A DNA stretch of 64,000 nt, from contig JAZGAD010000048.1 in assembly GCA_036444275.1 (NCBI GenBank), forward strand, positions 92 to 64,091, written 5' to 3'. Of this stretch, positions 19,733-29,252 are shown piece by piece; the first letter of the stretch is position 1, and every line of letters begins with the position of its first letter. The position numbers were made by a program, and so were the translations under genes. The notes below the pieces were generated by a model. It ran no database searches and was not told the DNA's origin. It saw nothing but the letters and a program-made list of their open reading frames with translations. The stretch comes from Candidatus Hydrothermarchaeales archaeon. GTDB taxonomy: Archaea; Hydrothermarchaeota; Hydrothermarchaeia; Hydrothermarchaeales; JAZGAD01.

Positions 19733-21405
19733 ATGAGGTAATAGATGCGCTGAAGATGCGCTTTAAGGAGGATATCCTCCATATATATGAGCAAAGAGAG
19801 AAGAGGATAGTTGCTGCCGTAAAGAAAGCAAGCATATTAGATGTCTGCAGGTATCTAAAAGAAGAGCTGGATTTTGATCATCTCTCCACCATTGCAGCTG
19901 TTGACCGCTCAAGGCTCGTCTCTGGTATAGACCACGATGGAAGCATGATGTATCGCAAGGATTTCGAGGTCACCTATCATATCTGGTCCTATTCCAGGCA
20001 TACGATAGTCGAGTTGAAAACCATTATACCATGGAATTCCCCAAAGCTGCCTTCAGTTACTCCAATATGGAGGTCTGCGAACTGGCATGAGCGGGAGCAT
20101 TATGATTTGATGGGCATAGTATTTGAGGGGCATCCGAATCTGCGGAGGATCCTATTACCACAGAACTGGAAGGGCCATCCGCTGAGAAAGAACTATAAAC
20201 TTGCTGAGAGCTCCTGGTTTCTAGAGAAAGATGAAGCTGAGTCAGAGGGAAGTGAACTCGATGAGCAGGTGCCTTATTTCGAGCTTGATGATAAACTAGC
20301 AGATAAAGTGAAAGAGGCGCAGGTCTCGGAGATGATAGTCAGATGCGGTCCAGTGCATCCCGGCATACATGGGCCTTGGCTGATAAACCTTAAACTTGAC
20401 GGCGAGATCATAGTCGATGTTGATATTCAAATCGGCTACATACATAGGGGGCTGGAAAAGATTGCCGAGAACAGGACTTACCAGCAGTATCTGCCGGTTT
20501 CTGATAGGTACTGCTGGCTTACAGCGATATCGAATAATCTCTCCTATGTGCTTGCAGTCGAGGACTTAATGGATATTAAGCCGACTGAGAGGGCAGAGTA
20601 TATCAGGGTGATCGTGCTGGAGCTCAACCGGCTCGCGAGCCACCTGATATGGCTGGGTGCAATGGGCATAGATCTAGGCAACATCTCAGGGCTCATCTAT
20701 CCCTTCAGAGAACGGGAATGGATGCTCGATCTCTTGGAGATGGCCTCGGGTAACAGGATGAACTACAACTTCGGAAGGTTCGGGGGAGTACTCTTCGACT
20801 TGGATGAGAAATTCATAAAAAAGGCGAAGAAGACCATGGAGATCTTCATGCCGAGGCTGCAGGAATATGCGGACTTCTTCAGCGGCAGTAGGATATGGAG
20901 GGCTAGGACGCAGGGTGTAGGTGAACTAACAGCAAAGGATGCAAAAAATCTGGGTGTCACAGGGCCGATGCTCAGAGCTACTGGTGTAAAGGCTGACACG
21001 AGGAAAGACGATCCTTATGCTACCTATGAAGAGATCGACTTCGAGATTCCAACGAGGAAGGATGGCGATGCATTTGCAATGTATGAGGTAAGGATGGAAG
21101 AGATGAGGATAAGCACAGAGATAATTGACCAAGCCCTAGATAACCTCCCAAATGGCCCTTACCAGGAGGAAGTAGGAAGGGTTGAACCCAGTGGAGAGGC
21201 CCTCAGTAGGATAGAGGAGCCGAGGGGGGAGATCGCAACATACTTGGTCGGCGACGGTAGCGACAAGCCGTATAGGCTTAAGGTCCGGGCAGCAGAGTTT
21301 GTTAATATATCAGCGCTGCCCCACCTCGTGCGGGGATTTAAGATCCCTGATTTAATAGCAATCATAGGAGGCATGGACCCATGTCTTGGGGGGATAGACA
21401 GGTAA
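19729..21405 (+). CDS. nuoCD: Fused complex I-like subunit C/D
   Basis: [32 protein letters not shown] (C), then [18 protein letters not shown] and EEPRGE (D). No complete NiFe CxxC motifs. Confidence 0.95.
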   Translation: MNEVIDALKMRFKEDILHIYEQREKRIVAAVKKASILDVCRYLKEELDFDHLSTIAAVDRSRLVSGIDHDGSMMYRKDFEVTYHIWSYSRHTIVELKTIIPWNSPKLPSVTPIWRSANWHEREHYDLMGIVFEGHPNLRRILLPQNWKGHPLRKNYKLAESSWFLEKDEAESEGSELDEQVPYFELDDKLADKVKEAQVSEMIVRCGPVHPGIHGPWLINLKLDGEIIVDVDIQIGYIHRGLEKIAENRTYQQYLPVSDRYCWLTAISNNLSYVLAVEDLMDIKPTERAEYIRVIVLELNRLASHLIWLGAMGIDLGNISGLIYPFREREWMLDLLEMASGNRMNYNFGRFGGVLFDLDEKFIKKAKKTMEIFMPRLQEYADFFSGSRIWRARTQGVGELTAKDAKNLGVTGPMLRATGVKADTRKDDPYATYEEIDFEIPTRKDGDAFAMYEVRMEEMRISTEIIDQALDNLPNGPYQEEVGRVEPSGEALSRIEEPRGEIATYLVGDGSDKPYRLKVRAAEFVNISALPHLVRGFKIPDLIAIIGGMDPCLGGIDR

Positions 21406-21439
21406 GTAGGAGATAGGCGAGGCGAGGTTAGGAGGAAAA

Positions 21440-22567
21440 ATGGGACTTTATGCTGAGGACATGGATCGGCTCTACCATGGGAGAACCGCATTTATCCAGC
21501 TAGTCGTGGCTGCTGCTACGATGGTTGTAGCTCTCGTTGGCGCCTCTTTGCTTGTAAGCTATATCGGGAGCCTTGCCCCTCCCTGGTTTTGGGATAATCC
21601 CTGGATCAGAGGCATTATAGGAGCGATTTTGTGGGCAGCGATCGCCGGTGTAGGCGGTCTGTACTTAACATGGCTTGAAAGAAAGGTGATGGCGAGGATC
21701 CAAGTAAGATACGGGCCGAATAGATGGGGAAAATACGGGCTCCTGCAACCGTTTGCAGACGCCATTAAATTACTGACAAAAGAAGATGTGATACTGGATG
21801 CAGCGGACAAAGCGGTCTTCAGAGCTGCGCCTATCGTTGCCTTTGCGCCTGCATTTCTAGCATTTGCAGCTGTCCCTGTTACCGCGGAGCTCATTGTTTC
21901 TAGAACTGATATAGGTATCTTATTCATAATCGCCGTGAGTTCTCTAACTCCTATAGGCGCTATCATGGCTGGATGGGGGCCAAATAATAAATGGAACCTC
22001 ATAGGAGGGATGCGCTTCGCAGCCCAAATGATAAGCTACGAGGTGCCGATGGTACTGGCGATCATAGGCCCGATAGCCCTTGCACGATCCCTTAACGGCG
22101 TAACGATAGTCATGGCACAGGCTGGCTACTGGTTTGGATTTATCCCAAAGTGGTATGTCTTCCTCCAGCCCCTGGGCTTTCTCATATTCCTCATAGCGTT
22201 CATGGCAGAAACCTGCAGGATACCCTTTGATCTTCCAGAGGCCGAAAATGAATTGGTCGGTGGCTGGATAACCGAGTACAGCGGCATGAAGTTTGTCATG
22301 CTCCTCCTCGTCGAATACGTTCATTTAATCGCCGGCGGCGCCTTGGTTGTGGTGTTGTTCCTAGGGGGCTGGCAGGGGCCATTCTTGCCTCCTCTGGCTT
22401 GGTTTATGATAAAGTTGCTAGCTGTGATTTTCTTCATGATGCTGGTTAGGGCAACGCACTTCAGGACGAGGATAGATCAACTCCTTGCTTTGGGCTGGAA
22501 AGTACTCCTTCCACTAGCACTTCTCAACATAGGCATAACAGGAATTATATTGGCATTGACGGTGTAG
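21440..22567 (+). CDS. nuoH: Complex I-like subunit H
   Basis: ERKVMARIQVRYGPNR, GLLQPFADAIKLLTKE, RIPFDLPEAENELVGGWITEYSG. Confidence 0.95.
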   Translation: MGLYAEDMDRLYHGRTAFIQLVVAAATMVVALVGASLLVSYIGSLAPPWFWDNPWIRGIIGAILWAAIAGVGGLYLTWLERKVMARIQVRYGPNRWGKYGLLQPFADAIKLLTKEDVILDAADKAVFRAAPIVAFAPAFLAFAAVPVTAELIVSRTDIGILFIIAVSSLTPIGAIMAGWGPNNKWNLIGGMRFAAQMISYEVPMVLAIIGPIALARSLNGVTIVMAQAGYWFGFIPKWYVFLQPLGFLIFLIAFMAETCRIPFDLPEAENELVGGWITEYSGMKFVMLLLVEYVHLIAGGALVVVLFLGGWQGPFLPPLAWFMIKLLAVIFFMMLVRATHFRTRIDQLLALGWKVLLPLALLNIGITGIILALTV

Positions 22568-22570
22568 GAA

Positions 22571-24247
22571 ATGGTATTAAAACCCACGATAATAGGATTC
22601 AAGCACCTCTTTAGAAGACCGGTGACGATACAGTATCCCTTCGAGAAACTGAAGGTCTCAGAGAAATACAGAGGCGTACCAGCTGTGAATCCAGATGCAT
22701 GCACTGCTTGCGGTAGGTGCATAGAAGTATGCCCCAATGACTGTACCATACTTGTAGATTGGGAGGGTGGCCAGAGAAAGGGAAACCAGGTGCCGAATTT
22801 GTATACCTCACGCTGCATGTTCTGCGGCCTATGCGTTGAGGTCTGTCCCACTGGAGCACGAGTGAGTACGCGGGAATATGAGTTGGCGGAGTATACGCGA
22901 GAAGAATCCCTCTGGAGTCCTGAGCGTATGCTACCTCTCGTTATAGATAGAACCGTATCACCTATCGTTAAGGCACCAGAAATAAACGAGGATGAATGTG
23001 TAAACTGCTTGGAATGCAAGCGGATCTGCCCTGAAGATGCGATTTCGAATATCGATAAAGGTGACAAGAGGACGCTCGTGATAGACTATGATAAATGCAC
23101 CTTCTGCGGGAAATGCATAGACATATGCCCGCCTCAAGCATTGAGATATGCGGAGAAAGAGATTAAAGAGGGCATGAAGCTCGAGTGGAAGAAGAAGATA
23201 CCGGTTAAGGACATAGAAGTCAAAAATTACTTCGAGCTGCTAAATAAGAAGGTGATAGAGTCCAACTGGTGCTCCCACTGCACTGCATGCATAGTGGCAT
23301 GCCCAGTCGAGAGGATAAAGGGAAAAGACGTGGAGATATACGAGGACGAGAGTATTGAGTGCAGCGACTGCAGTCTCTGTGTTCGTTCTTGCCCAAGATA
23401 TGACTACGAGAATCCAAATGGTCTAGGCGATTATCTAGAGGTATTCTCAGCTGGCTCAAAGAGGTTCGTAGGCCAAGATGGAGCTATGGTAACAGAGCTA
23501 CTAACGAGTGCGATGGAGATGGGCATCATAGACACAGCTATCGTGGTTTCTGGAGACAAGCACTGGCACCCGGTGCTTAGGATTGCGCACACACCTGAGG
23601 AAGTAACCGCTGGTTTGAAGACCAAGTATGCCCTGGCTGACGTTCTCTCTATTTTGAAGCTTGCTGACAGTCAGACTAGAAAGGGTATTGGAATTGTGGG
23701 TACGCCGTGCCAGATAGAGGGCTTTAGGAGGCATGCCGAGAAGACCAAATTCTTCACATCAAAAGTAAAGCTGGTTGTAGGCATCTTCTGCTTTGAGAAT
23801 TTCTATTACAAGAGGTTCTACGAGGACTTTCTAGGCGGACACGGCATAGTTGCAAAGGATATAGAGAGGGCTGACATGAAGAAAGGCGTGCTCACCGTGG
23901 ATACAAAAGACGGGAAGATATACGAGTTCAAGGTCGCCGAGTTCGAGCACTATGCACTGCAGGGCTGCATGATCTGCCAGCACTTCATCAACATGACCGC
24001 TGACATTTCTGTGGGTGGAAGCGGATCCGAAATGGGTTTCAGTAGCGTATTCGTCAGGAGGGAAAACGTGACGCCCATAATAGAGTACATGAGAGAAAAG
24101 GGTTATATCGAAGAAGCTGGGGAAGAACAGATGGAGAAGGTTTTGAAGGTGAATAATTTTATGTGCAGGTTTAAGATTAAGAAGCATCCGATTGAGCCCT
24201 ATCTAGAGGCAAGAGGTAAAGCAGGAGTCGTTGCAGATGGCAGCTGA
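22571..24247 (+). CDS. NuoI fused to an extra 2x[4Fe-4S] ferredoxin and an FpoF/FrhB F420-binding domain
   Basis: NuoI N-terminus VTIQYPFEK..KYRG, six CxxCxxCxxxCP motifs, and FrhB motifs GQDGAMVT, VGTPCQI, GIFCFENF, GCMIC and ADISVG. Confidence 0.9.
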   Translation: MVLKPTIIGFKHLFRRPVTIQYPFEKLKVSEKYRGVPAVNPDACTACGRCIEVCPNDCTILVDWEGGQRKGNQVPNLYTSRCMFCGLCVEVCPTGARVSTREYELAEYTREESLWSPERMLPLVIDRTVSPIVKAPEINEDECVNCLECKRICPEDAISNIDKGDKRTLVIDYDKCTFCGKCIDICPPQALRYAEKEIKEGMKLEWKKKIPVKDIEVKNYFELLNKKVIESNWCSHCTACIVACPVERIKGKDVEIYEDESIECSDCSLCVRSCPRYDYENPNGLGDYLEVFSAGSKRFVGQDGAMVTELLTSAMEMGIIDTAIVVSGDKHWHPVLRIAHTPEEVTAGLKTKYALADVLSILKLADSQTRKGIGIVGTPCQIEGFRRHAEKTKFFTSKVKLVVGIFCFENFYYKRFYEDFLGGHGIVAKDIERADMKKGVLTVDTKDGKIYEFKVAEFEHYALQGCMICQHFINMTADISVGGSGSEMGFSSVFVRRENVTPIIEYMREKGYIEEAGEEQMEKVLKVNNFMCRFKIKKHPIEPYLEARGKAGVVADGS

Positions 24248-24731
24248 TTTAGCAGTATTTTTAATAATAGCTCTGATTACGATAGTTGCATCTGTTTTAG
24301 TTCTAGAATCCAAAGAGATATTCCATGCCGCATTATTTTTGGCCTTATCCTTCATTGGCGTAGCCGGATTATTTGTACTCCTCGGGGCTGAATTCCTAGC
24401 TGCTATCCAGGTTTTGATCTATGCAGGGGCTGTGATTATACTGGTCTTATTTGCAATCGTACTGACGAAGAGGGACAAGGTAGGAGCGGGACTGGAAGAG
24501 CATGACAGCAGCTTGTTGAGGTTCGTAATAGCTGCGGCGTTTGTATTCCTACTGGCGCTGCCCATTGCAAGTGTCGCCTGGCCTACCCACATGGTGGTTG
24601 AGTTTTCTACAGCCGCAATAGGGATTTCGATGTTCACAGAGTATGTTATCCCGTTTGAGATAATATCATTGGTATTGCTAGCTGCTTTGATCGGCGCGGT
24701 TTTTCTTGCGAAGAGGGAGGATGCATCGTGA
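24237..24731 (+). CDS. nuoJ: Complex I-like subunit J
   Basis: AEFLAAIQVLIYAGAVIILVLFAIVL, PFEIISLVLLAALIGA. Confidence 0.93.
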   Translation: MAADLAVFLIIALITIVASVLVLESKEIFHAALFLALSFIGVAGLFVLLGAEFLAAIQVLIYAGAVIILVLFAIVLTKRDKVGAGLEEHDSSLLRFVIAAAFVFLLALPIASVAWPTHMVVEFSTAAIGISMFTEYVIPFEIISLVLLAALIGAVFLAKREDAS

Positions 24732-25036
24732 TTCCACTCCTCTATTACTTGCTCCTATCGACCGTTCTCTTTGGAATCGGAGCCTACGGGGTCATGACGA
24801 AGAGAAACGCAGTACGCGTGCTGATGGCGATCGAGATAATGATGAGTGCAGCGACGATAAACCTCGTGGCCTTCTCGGCGTATATGCCACACTTAAATAT
24901 ATCTGGACAGATATTCGCATTGTTCGTAATAGCAATTGCTGCAGCTGAAAGCTGTATTGGACTAGCGATATACATCCAGCTGTTCCGTGTCTACGGCACT
25001 ATTGATGTTAGAGAGATGAGTACCCTGAAGTGGTAA
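24728..25036 (+). CDS. nuoK: Complex I-like subunit K
   Basis: LMAIEIM, GQIFALFVIAIAAAE. Confidence 0.93.
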   Translation: MIPLLYYLLLSTVLFGIGAYGVMTKRNAVRVLMAIEIMMSAATINLVAFSAYMPHLNISGQIFALFVIAIAAAESCIGLAIYIQLFRVYGTIDVREMSTLKW

Positions 25037-25050
25037 TAGGAAGGTTTGAC

Positions 25051-25149
25051 ATGCCTGAAGCTGAAGTGATACATTCGCTAAGACCGTTTACCCCACTGCA
25101 ACTAGCGCATACAGCTGTTAAAGAGTTCTTGCACATCGGAGGATTATGA
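25051..25149 (+). pseudogene. 32-aa in-frame deletion remnant of an MrpD-like subunit
   Basis: MPEAEVIHSLRP and FTPLQLAHTAVKEFLHIGGL match the N-terminus (MVAEVVQSIRP) and C-terminus (YTPFRLTHAAVRQFLHMPALF) of the 38180-39682 protein. Confidence 0.75.
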
Positions 25150-25550
25150 TGAGAAAGATAAGAAAGAAATTGGCTACAACAAATGTTGCAAAAAAAATCT
25201 TTGCCATTGCCCTGGTATTTATCTTTATTTCAATCTTACTCTCTCCTGCATGGGCGGTCAGCTCCTCAACTTCAGAGCTTAAAAAGTCTCATGGAGAAGG
25301 CGGTGTTCAGGAACCTGAAGGTGTTATGAAGCATGGAGAAGCTGTAGCTGTAGAAAGGAAAGCTGAAGTCCACGAGGAACGCGATCATGAGGTAGCAGAT
25401 CATGAACACGAGGCGGCTCACGAAGAGCCCTGGTGGAGATTTCGTGGATTTGAAGCCGTTTTTGCGGTCTTCGCCTGCCTTTATTTCTTTTTGGCGGTGA
25501 AGGGGCTACCCTTGATACTGGAAGACAAATCGATGGGCAGGAGACATTAG
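25146..25550 (+). CDS. Small membrane protein with His/Glu-rich loop (Mrp-operon-type accessory)
   Basis: N-terminal TM/signal, HEERDHEVADHEHEAAHEE, then a WWRFRGFEAVFAVFACL TM helix. Confidence 0.75.
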   Translation: MMRKIRKKLATTNVAKKIFAIALVFIFISILLSPAWAVSSSTSELKKSHGEGGVQEPEGVMKHGEAVAVERKAEVHEERDHEVADHEHEAAHEEPWWRFRGFEAVFAVFACLYFFLAVKGLPLILEDKSMGRRH

Positions 25551-25553
25551 TAG

Positions 25554-27761
25554 ATGGATACCATAATCCTCCCGGCACTGATATATATTATAGGTGCGTG
25601 CTTGATCCCCTTTTTGAAGGGGAAGACCAAGAAGGCTTTCCTAGTCTTAGTACCTTTGATAGTCCTAGTAGAGGTACTCTTGATTAAGGCGCCTATGACT
25701 GGGTGGCGTTTTTCCTATCTAGATTTCACTATCACCCTATTCTACGCCGATAGATTGAGCATGTTGATGGGGTACATATTCAGCATCATAGGCTTCCTGT
25801 GTATCCTCTACTCCCTCCATGTCGAAGATGATCAACATCACGTCTTCACCTTCCTCTATGTGGGCGCCGCATTGGGCGTCGTATATGCCGGGGACTTCTT
25901 CTCCTTCCTGGTGTTCTGGGAAATAATGGCCATCACCGGTGCCGGGATCATATGGGTAAAGAGGGACGAAAAGGCGGTAAAGGCCGGGTTTAGATACGTG
26001 ATGATGCACGTCATAGGTGGGGCCGTGCTGATGGCGGGCATACTGGTGCACTATGCTTCTACCGGTTCCATCGTCATGGGTCCAGTGGAGTCGGGTATAG
26101 CAGCGGCTTTGATCCTCTTTGGAATCGGCTTGAATGCGGCATTCATCCCGATCCACACATGGCTGCCTGATGGCTATCCCTCTGCCCCTCTCACTGGGAG
26201 CATCTTCCTCTGCGTATTCACCACCAAGAGCGCGGTCTATGCCCTCGCTAGAACATCTCACGGCCCATCCATGTTCGTCGCTTATATGGGGGGTTTGATG
26301 GCGGTATACGGCGTGACCTTTGCGTTGATGCAGGGCAATGCAAGGAAGTTGTTGTCCTACCACGTCATCAGCCAGGTGGGCTACATGGTGGCGGCCGTGG
26401 GCATAGGAACCGCCATCGGTGTAAATGGCGCCTTCTTCCATGTCTTCAATCACATCCTCTACAAGTCCCTCCTCTTCATGTGCATAGGCGCCGTCATCTA
26501 CCGCACGGGCATAGAAGATCTCAAAGAGCTCGGCGGACTCGCGAGAAAGATGCCGATAACGACTCTAACTGCCATCGTCGCAGCGGCCTCCATTTCCGGT
26601 GTGCCCTTCTTCAATGGTTTTGCGAGCAAGGGTCTGATATTCGAGGGCGCCCACAACATACACGGTCTTTACATACTCCTGGAGATAGCGGCAGTGGGCA
26701 CCTTCCTATCCTTCTGCAAATTCATCTACTTCGGGTTCTTGAGGAAGAGGGATGTAGAGCTCGATGTCAGCGATCCTCCTTTGCATATGTCCCTCTCCAT
26801 GGCGATAACAGCCTTCATGTGCTTTTTCATCGGCGTCTATCCCCCGTTGGTAGCTACTATATTGCCATTCGAGACGCCCTTCCACTATTACGGGTTGGGA
26901 CACCTCTTTGGCGCATTCCTCCTCCTGGGAACCACAGCGGTGATCTTCTGGAAAGGGAAGAATCTATTCGCGCCCCACAAGTGGGTGATTCGCGATTTTG
27001 ATCGTATCTATAGAAGGGCCGCCACCGGCTTCTTCTGGTTATGCAATGTCCCGGGGGTTAAGATAGACAGGATGATAAACAGGGGCTACGAGGGCGGCAG
27101 CAGAAAGCTGATGACGGTCGCCATACCAGCGACGGAATTCGACAGGGTGATAGACAATGCCTATGTGGGCACGGGTAAGAGGCTGGTTGAGACAGCTGCG
27201 CCCGCTACGGAATTTGACAGGATGATAGACAAGGGATATATTAAAACCGGTGAGAAGCTTGTGGATGCAGTTGGTCCCCCCGCTACGGAATTTGATAAGA
27301 TGATAGACAAGGGATACGTAGAGACCGGCGAGAAGTTTGTGGATAGCATCGGCCGTGGTAAGGTGAGATACGAGCCTGGAGAGTCTGAATTTTTCGACGT
27401 GAAAAGTGAGGAGGAGTTTCGGTTGTTTGGGAGATACTCTGTTACCATTCCTAGTTTTGGGGAAAGGATGCCTTTGAAGAAGAGCGAGGGGATCTTCTTT
27501 GAGTTCACTAATCATGTAGCCGCATTTGACCTGAAGGTCATCGATGGGGTTGTAAATCTATGTGGCATGGGTGTCTGGGGCATTTCAAAGATATCGGATA
27601 TATTCGATATAAGAGTTGTCGATGGTACTGTGAATGGCATCGCTGATGCACTTCGTGTGTTCGGGAGCAAGCTGCGGAAACCCGAGACAGGGATAATACA
27701 TGACTATGCAAGTGCAGTGATAATGGGAGTAATCGCTTTGGGGATAGTAATACTAACCTAG
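25554..27761 (+). CDS. Antiporter-like subunit in the NuoL position: MrpD-type core with NuoL-type C-terminus
   Basis: Core WEIM, HTWLPDGYP, FTTKSA, LSYHVISQVGYM. About four ~25-aa PATEFDRxID repeats. C-terminal VIDGVVN...VVDGTVNG...LRKPETGIIHDY. Confidence 0.85.
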   Translation: MDTIILPALIYIIGACLIPFLKGKTKKAFLVLVPLIVLVEVLLIKAPMTGWRFSYLDFTITLFYADRLSMLMGYIFSIIGFLCILYSLHVEDDQHHVFTFLYVGAALGVVYAGDFFSFLVFWEIMAITGAGIIWVKRDEKAVKAGFRYVMMHVIGGAVLMAGILVHYASTGSIVMGPVESGIAAALILFGIGLNAAFIPIHTWLPDGYPSAPLTGSIFLCVFTTKSAVYALARTSHGPSMFVAYMGGLMAVYGVTFALMQGNARKLLSYHVISQVGYMVAAVGIGTAIGVNGAFFHVFNHILYKSLLFMCIGAVIYRTGIEDLKELGGLARKMPITTLTAIVAAASISGVPFFNGFASKGLIFEGAHNIHGLYILLEIAAVGTFLSFCKFIYFGFLRKRDVELDVSDPPLHMSLSMAITAFMCFFIGVYPPLVATILPFETPFHYYGLGHLFGAFLLLGTTAVIFWKGKNLFAPHKWVIRDFDRIYRRAATGFFWLCNVPGVKIDRMINRGYEGGSRKLMTVAIPATEFDRVIDNAYVGTGKRLVETAAPATEFDRMIDKGYIKTGEKLVDAVGPPATEFDKMIDKGYVETGEKFVDSIGRGKVRYEPGESEFFDVKSEEEFRLFGRYSVTIPSFGERMPLKKSEGIFFEFTNHVAAFDLKVIDGVVNLCGMGVWGISKISDIFDIRVVDGTVNGIADALRVFGSKLRKPETGIIHDYASAVIMGVIALGIVILT

Positions 27762-27777
27762 ATGAAGGAGGAATAAT

Positions 27778-29250
27778 ATGTTTCCTATACTGTCTGCGAT
27801 GATTTTGTTGCCCTTGGTGGGCGCATGTGTAGGCTACCTTATAGGTAGAAAGAATGTGAGGACTGCGAAGTTTTTTGATGTAGCAATAATGCTTTTGACC
27901 TTTCTAATATCAGTCATAGCATATACACTGATTGACTTTTCAAAGCCTGGGTATCACCTCTTGGAGAGCATGCCCTGGGCGAGCTCCCTGGGCGTATCCT
28001 ACACCCTAGGCGTAGACGGCATTAGCTATCCCTTGGTGCTACTCACTACCTTTATCTCTATACTCGCGATGGCCTCGTCGTGGCATATAACCGATAGGAC
28101 GAACACGCATTATGCACTGTTGCTCCTGTTGGAGGCAGCCCTCTTAGGCGTCTTTGTATCGCTGGATCTCTTCCTATTCTTCATCTTTTGGGAGGTCGTC
28201 TTGGTGCCGATGTATTTCTTAATAGGGATCTGGGGCGGACCAAGGAGGGAGTACGCAGCTATAAAATTCTTTATATATACGCACCTCGGAGGGCTTTTTG
28301 TCTTGCTTTCAATCATAGCCTTATATTTCAATACAATCCCACACACTTTCAGCATGATCGAGATAGCGAAGGTTGCGCCTGGATTCTCGCAAAGTTTCCA
28401 GACCATTGTGTTCGCTGCCTTGTTCTTCGGTTTTGCGATAAAGCTCCCGATTTTTCCCTTCCATACATGGCTGCCGGACGCCCACGTAGAGGCACCTACT
28501 GCAGGAAGCATACACCTCGCGGCACTTCTCCTAAAGATGGGTGGCTACGGCTTAATACGCATTGGAGTTATGATGGTACCAGACGGTGCTAGAGCTCTCG
28601 CTCCAGTCATGATTTTGTTGGCTGTGATAAGCGCCTTCTACGCAGCATTCTGCGCTATGGCGCAAAAAGACCTCAAGAAGATGATCGCCTATTCCAGTGT
28701 AAGCCACATGGGCTACGCCCTCCTGGGTATAGCTACATTCAACATCATAGGTATAACGGGCTCGATCTATGAGATGGTGGCACATGGATTAATAACAGGG
28801 ATGCTTTTCTTCCTGTCAGGCATCATCCACGACCACGTCGGCTCGAGGAACATAGAGGATATAATAGGTTTCGGGAAAAAGACGCCGAAGATTACGTTTG
28901 CAATCGTCATAGGGTTCTTCGGTGCTTTCGGTCTGCCCGGCCTAGCCGGATTTGTAGCCGAGTTCATGATATTTGTCGGCGCCTTTGAGGCATTCAGGTT
29001 TATAGCAATAATAGTGGTCTTCTCGATTCTCTTCACAGCGGGATACTTCCTCTGGACGCTGCAGAGACTCGCCTTTAGGACGCCGCTTCCAACACTTAAG
29101 GAGCACATCGAAGACCTGGAGTTCTGGACCGAGCTGGTACCTATCGCTATGACAATATTCCTTATAATCCTGCTTGGAATCTACCCCGCACCACTGCTGA
29201 ACATGATGGACACCTCGGTTAAAGCCCTGGTCGCTGTTCTTGGGGGATAG
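27778..29250 (+). CDS. nuoM: Complex I-like subunit M
   Basis: FWEVVLVPMYFLIGIWGG, HTWLPDAHVEAPTAGS, LLKMGGYG. Confidence 0.95.
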   Translation: MFPILSAMILLPLVGACVGYLIGRKNVRTAKFFDVAIMLLTFLISVIAYTLIDFSKPGYHLLESMPWASSLGVSYTLGVDGISYPLVLLTTFISILAMASSWHITDRTNTHYALLLLLEAALLGVFVSLDLFLFFIFWEVVLVPMYFLIGIWGGPRREYAAIKFFIYTHLGGLFVLLSIIALYFNTIPHTFSMIEIAKVAPGFSQSFQTIVFAALFFGFAIKLPIFPFHTWLPDAHVEAPTAGSIHLAALLLKMGGYGLIRIGVMMVPDGARALAPVMILLAVISAFYAAFCAMAQKDLKKMIAYSSVSHMGYALLGIATFNIIGITGSIYEMVAHGLITGMLFFLSGIIHDHVGSRNIEDIIGFGKKTPKITFAIVIGFFGAFGLPGLAGFVAEFMIFVGAFEAFRFIAIIVVFSILFTAGYFLWTLQRLAFRTPLPTLKEHIEDLEFWTELVPIAMTIFLIILLGIYPAPLLNMMDTSVKALVAVLGG

Positions 29251-29252
29251 GC

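Noticed and set aside
19729-21405. Group 4 [NiFe]-hydrogenase large subunit
   Set aside because: Only one Cys of each motif remains (DRYCWLT, DPCLGG), as in FpoD-type subunits.
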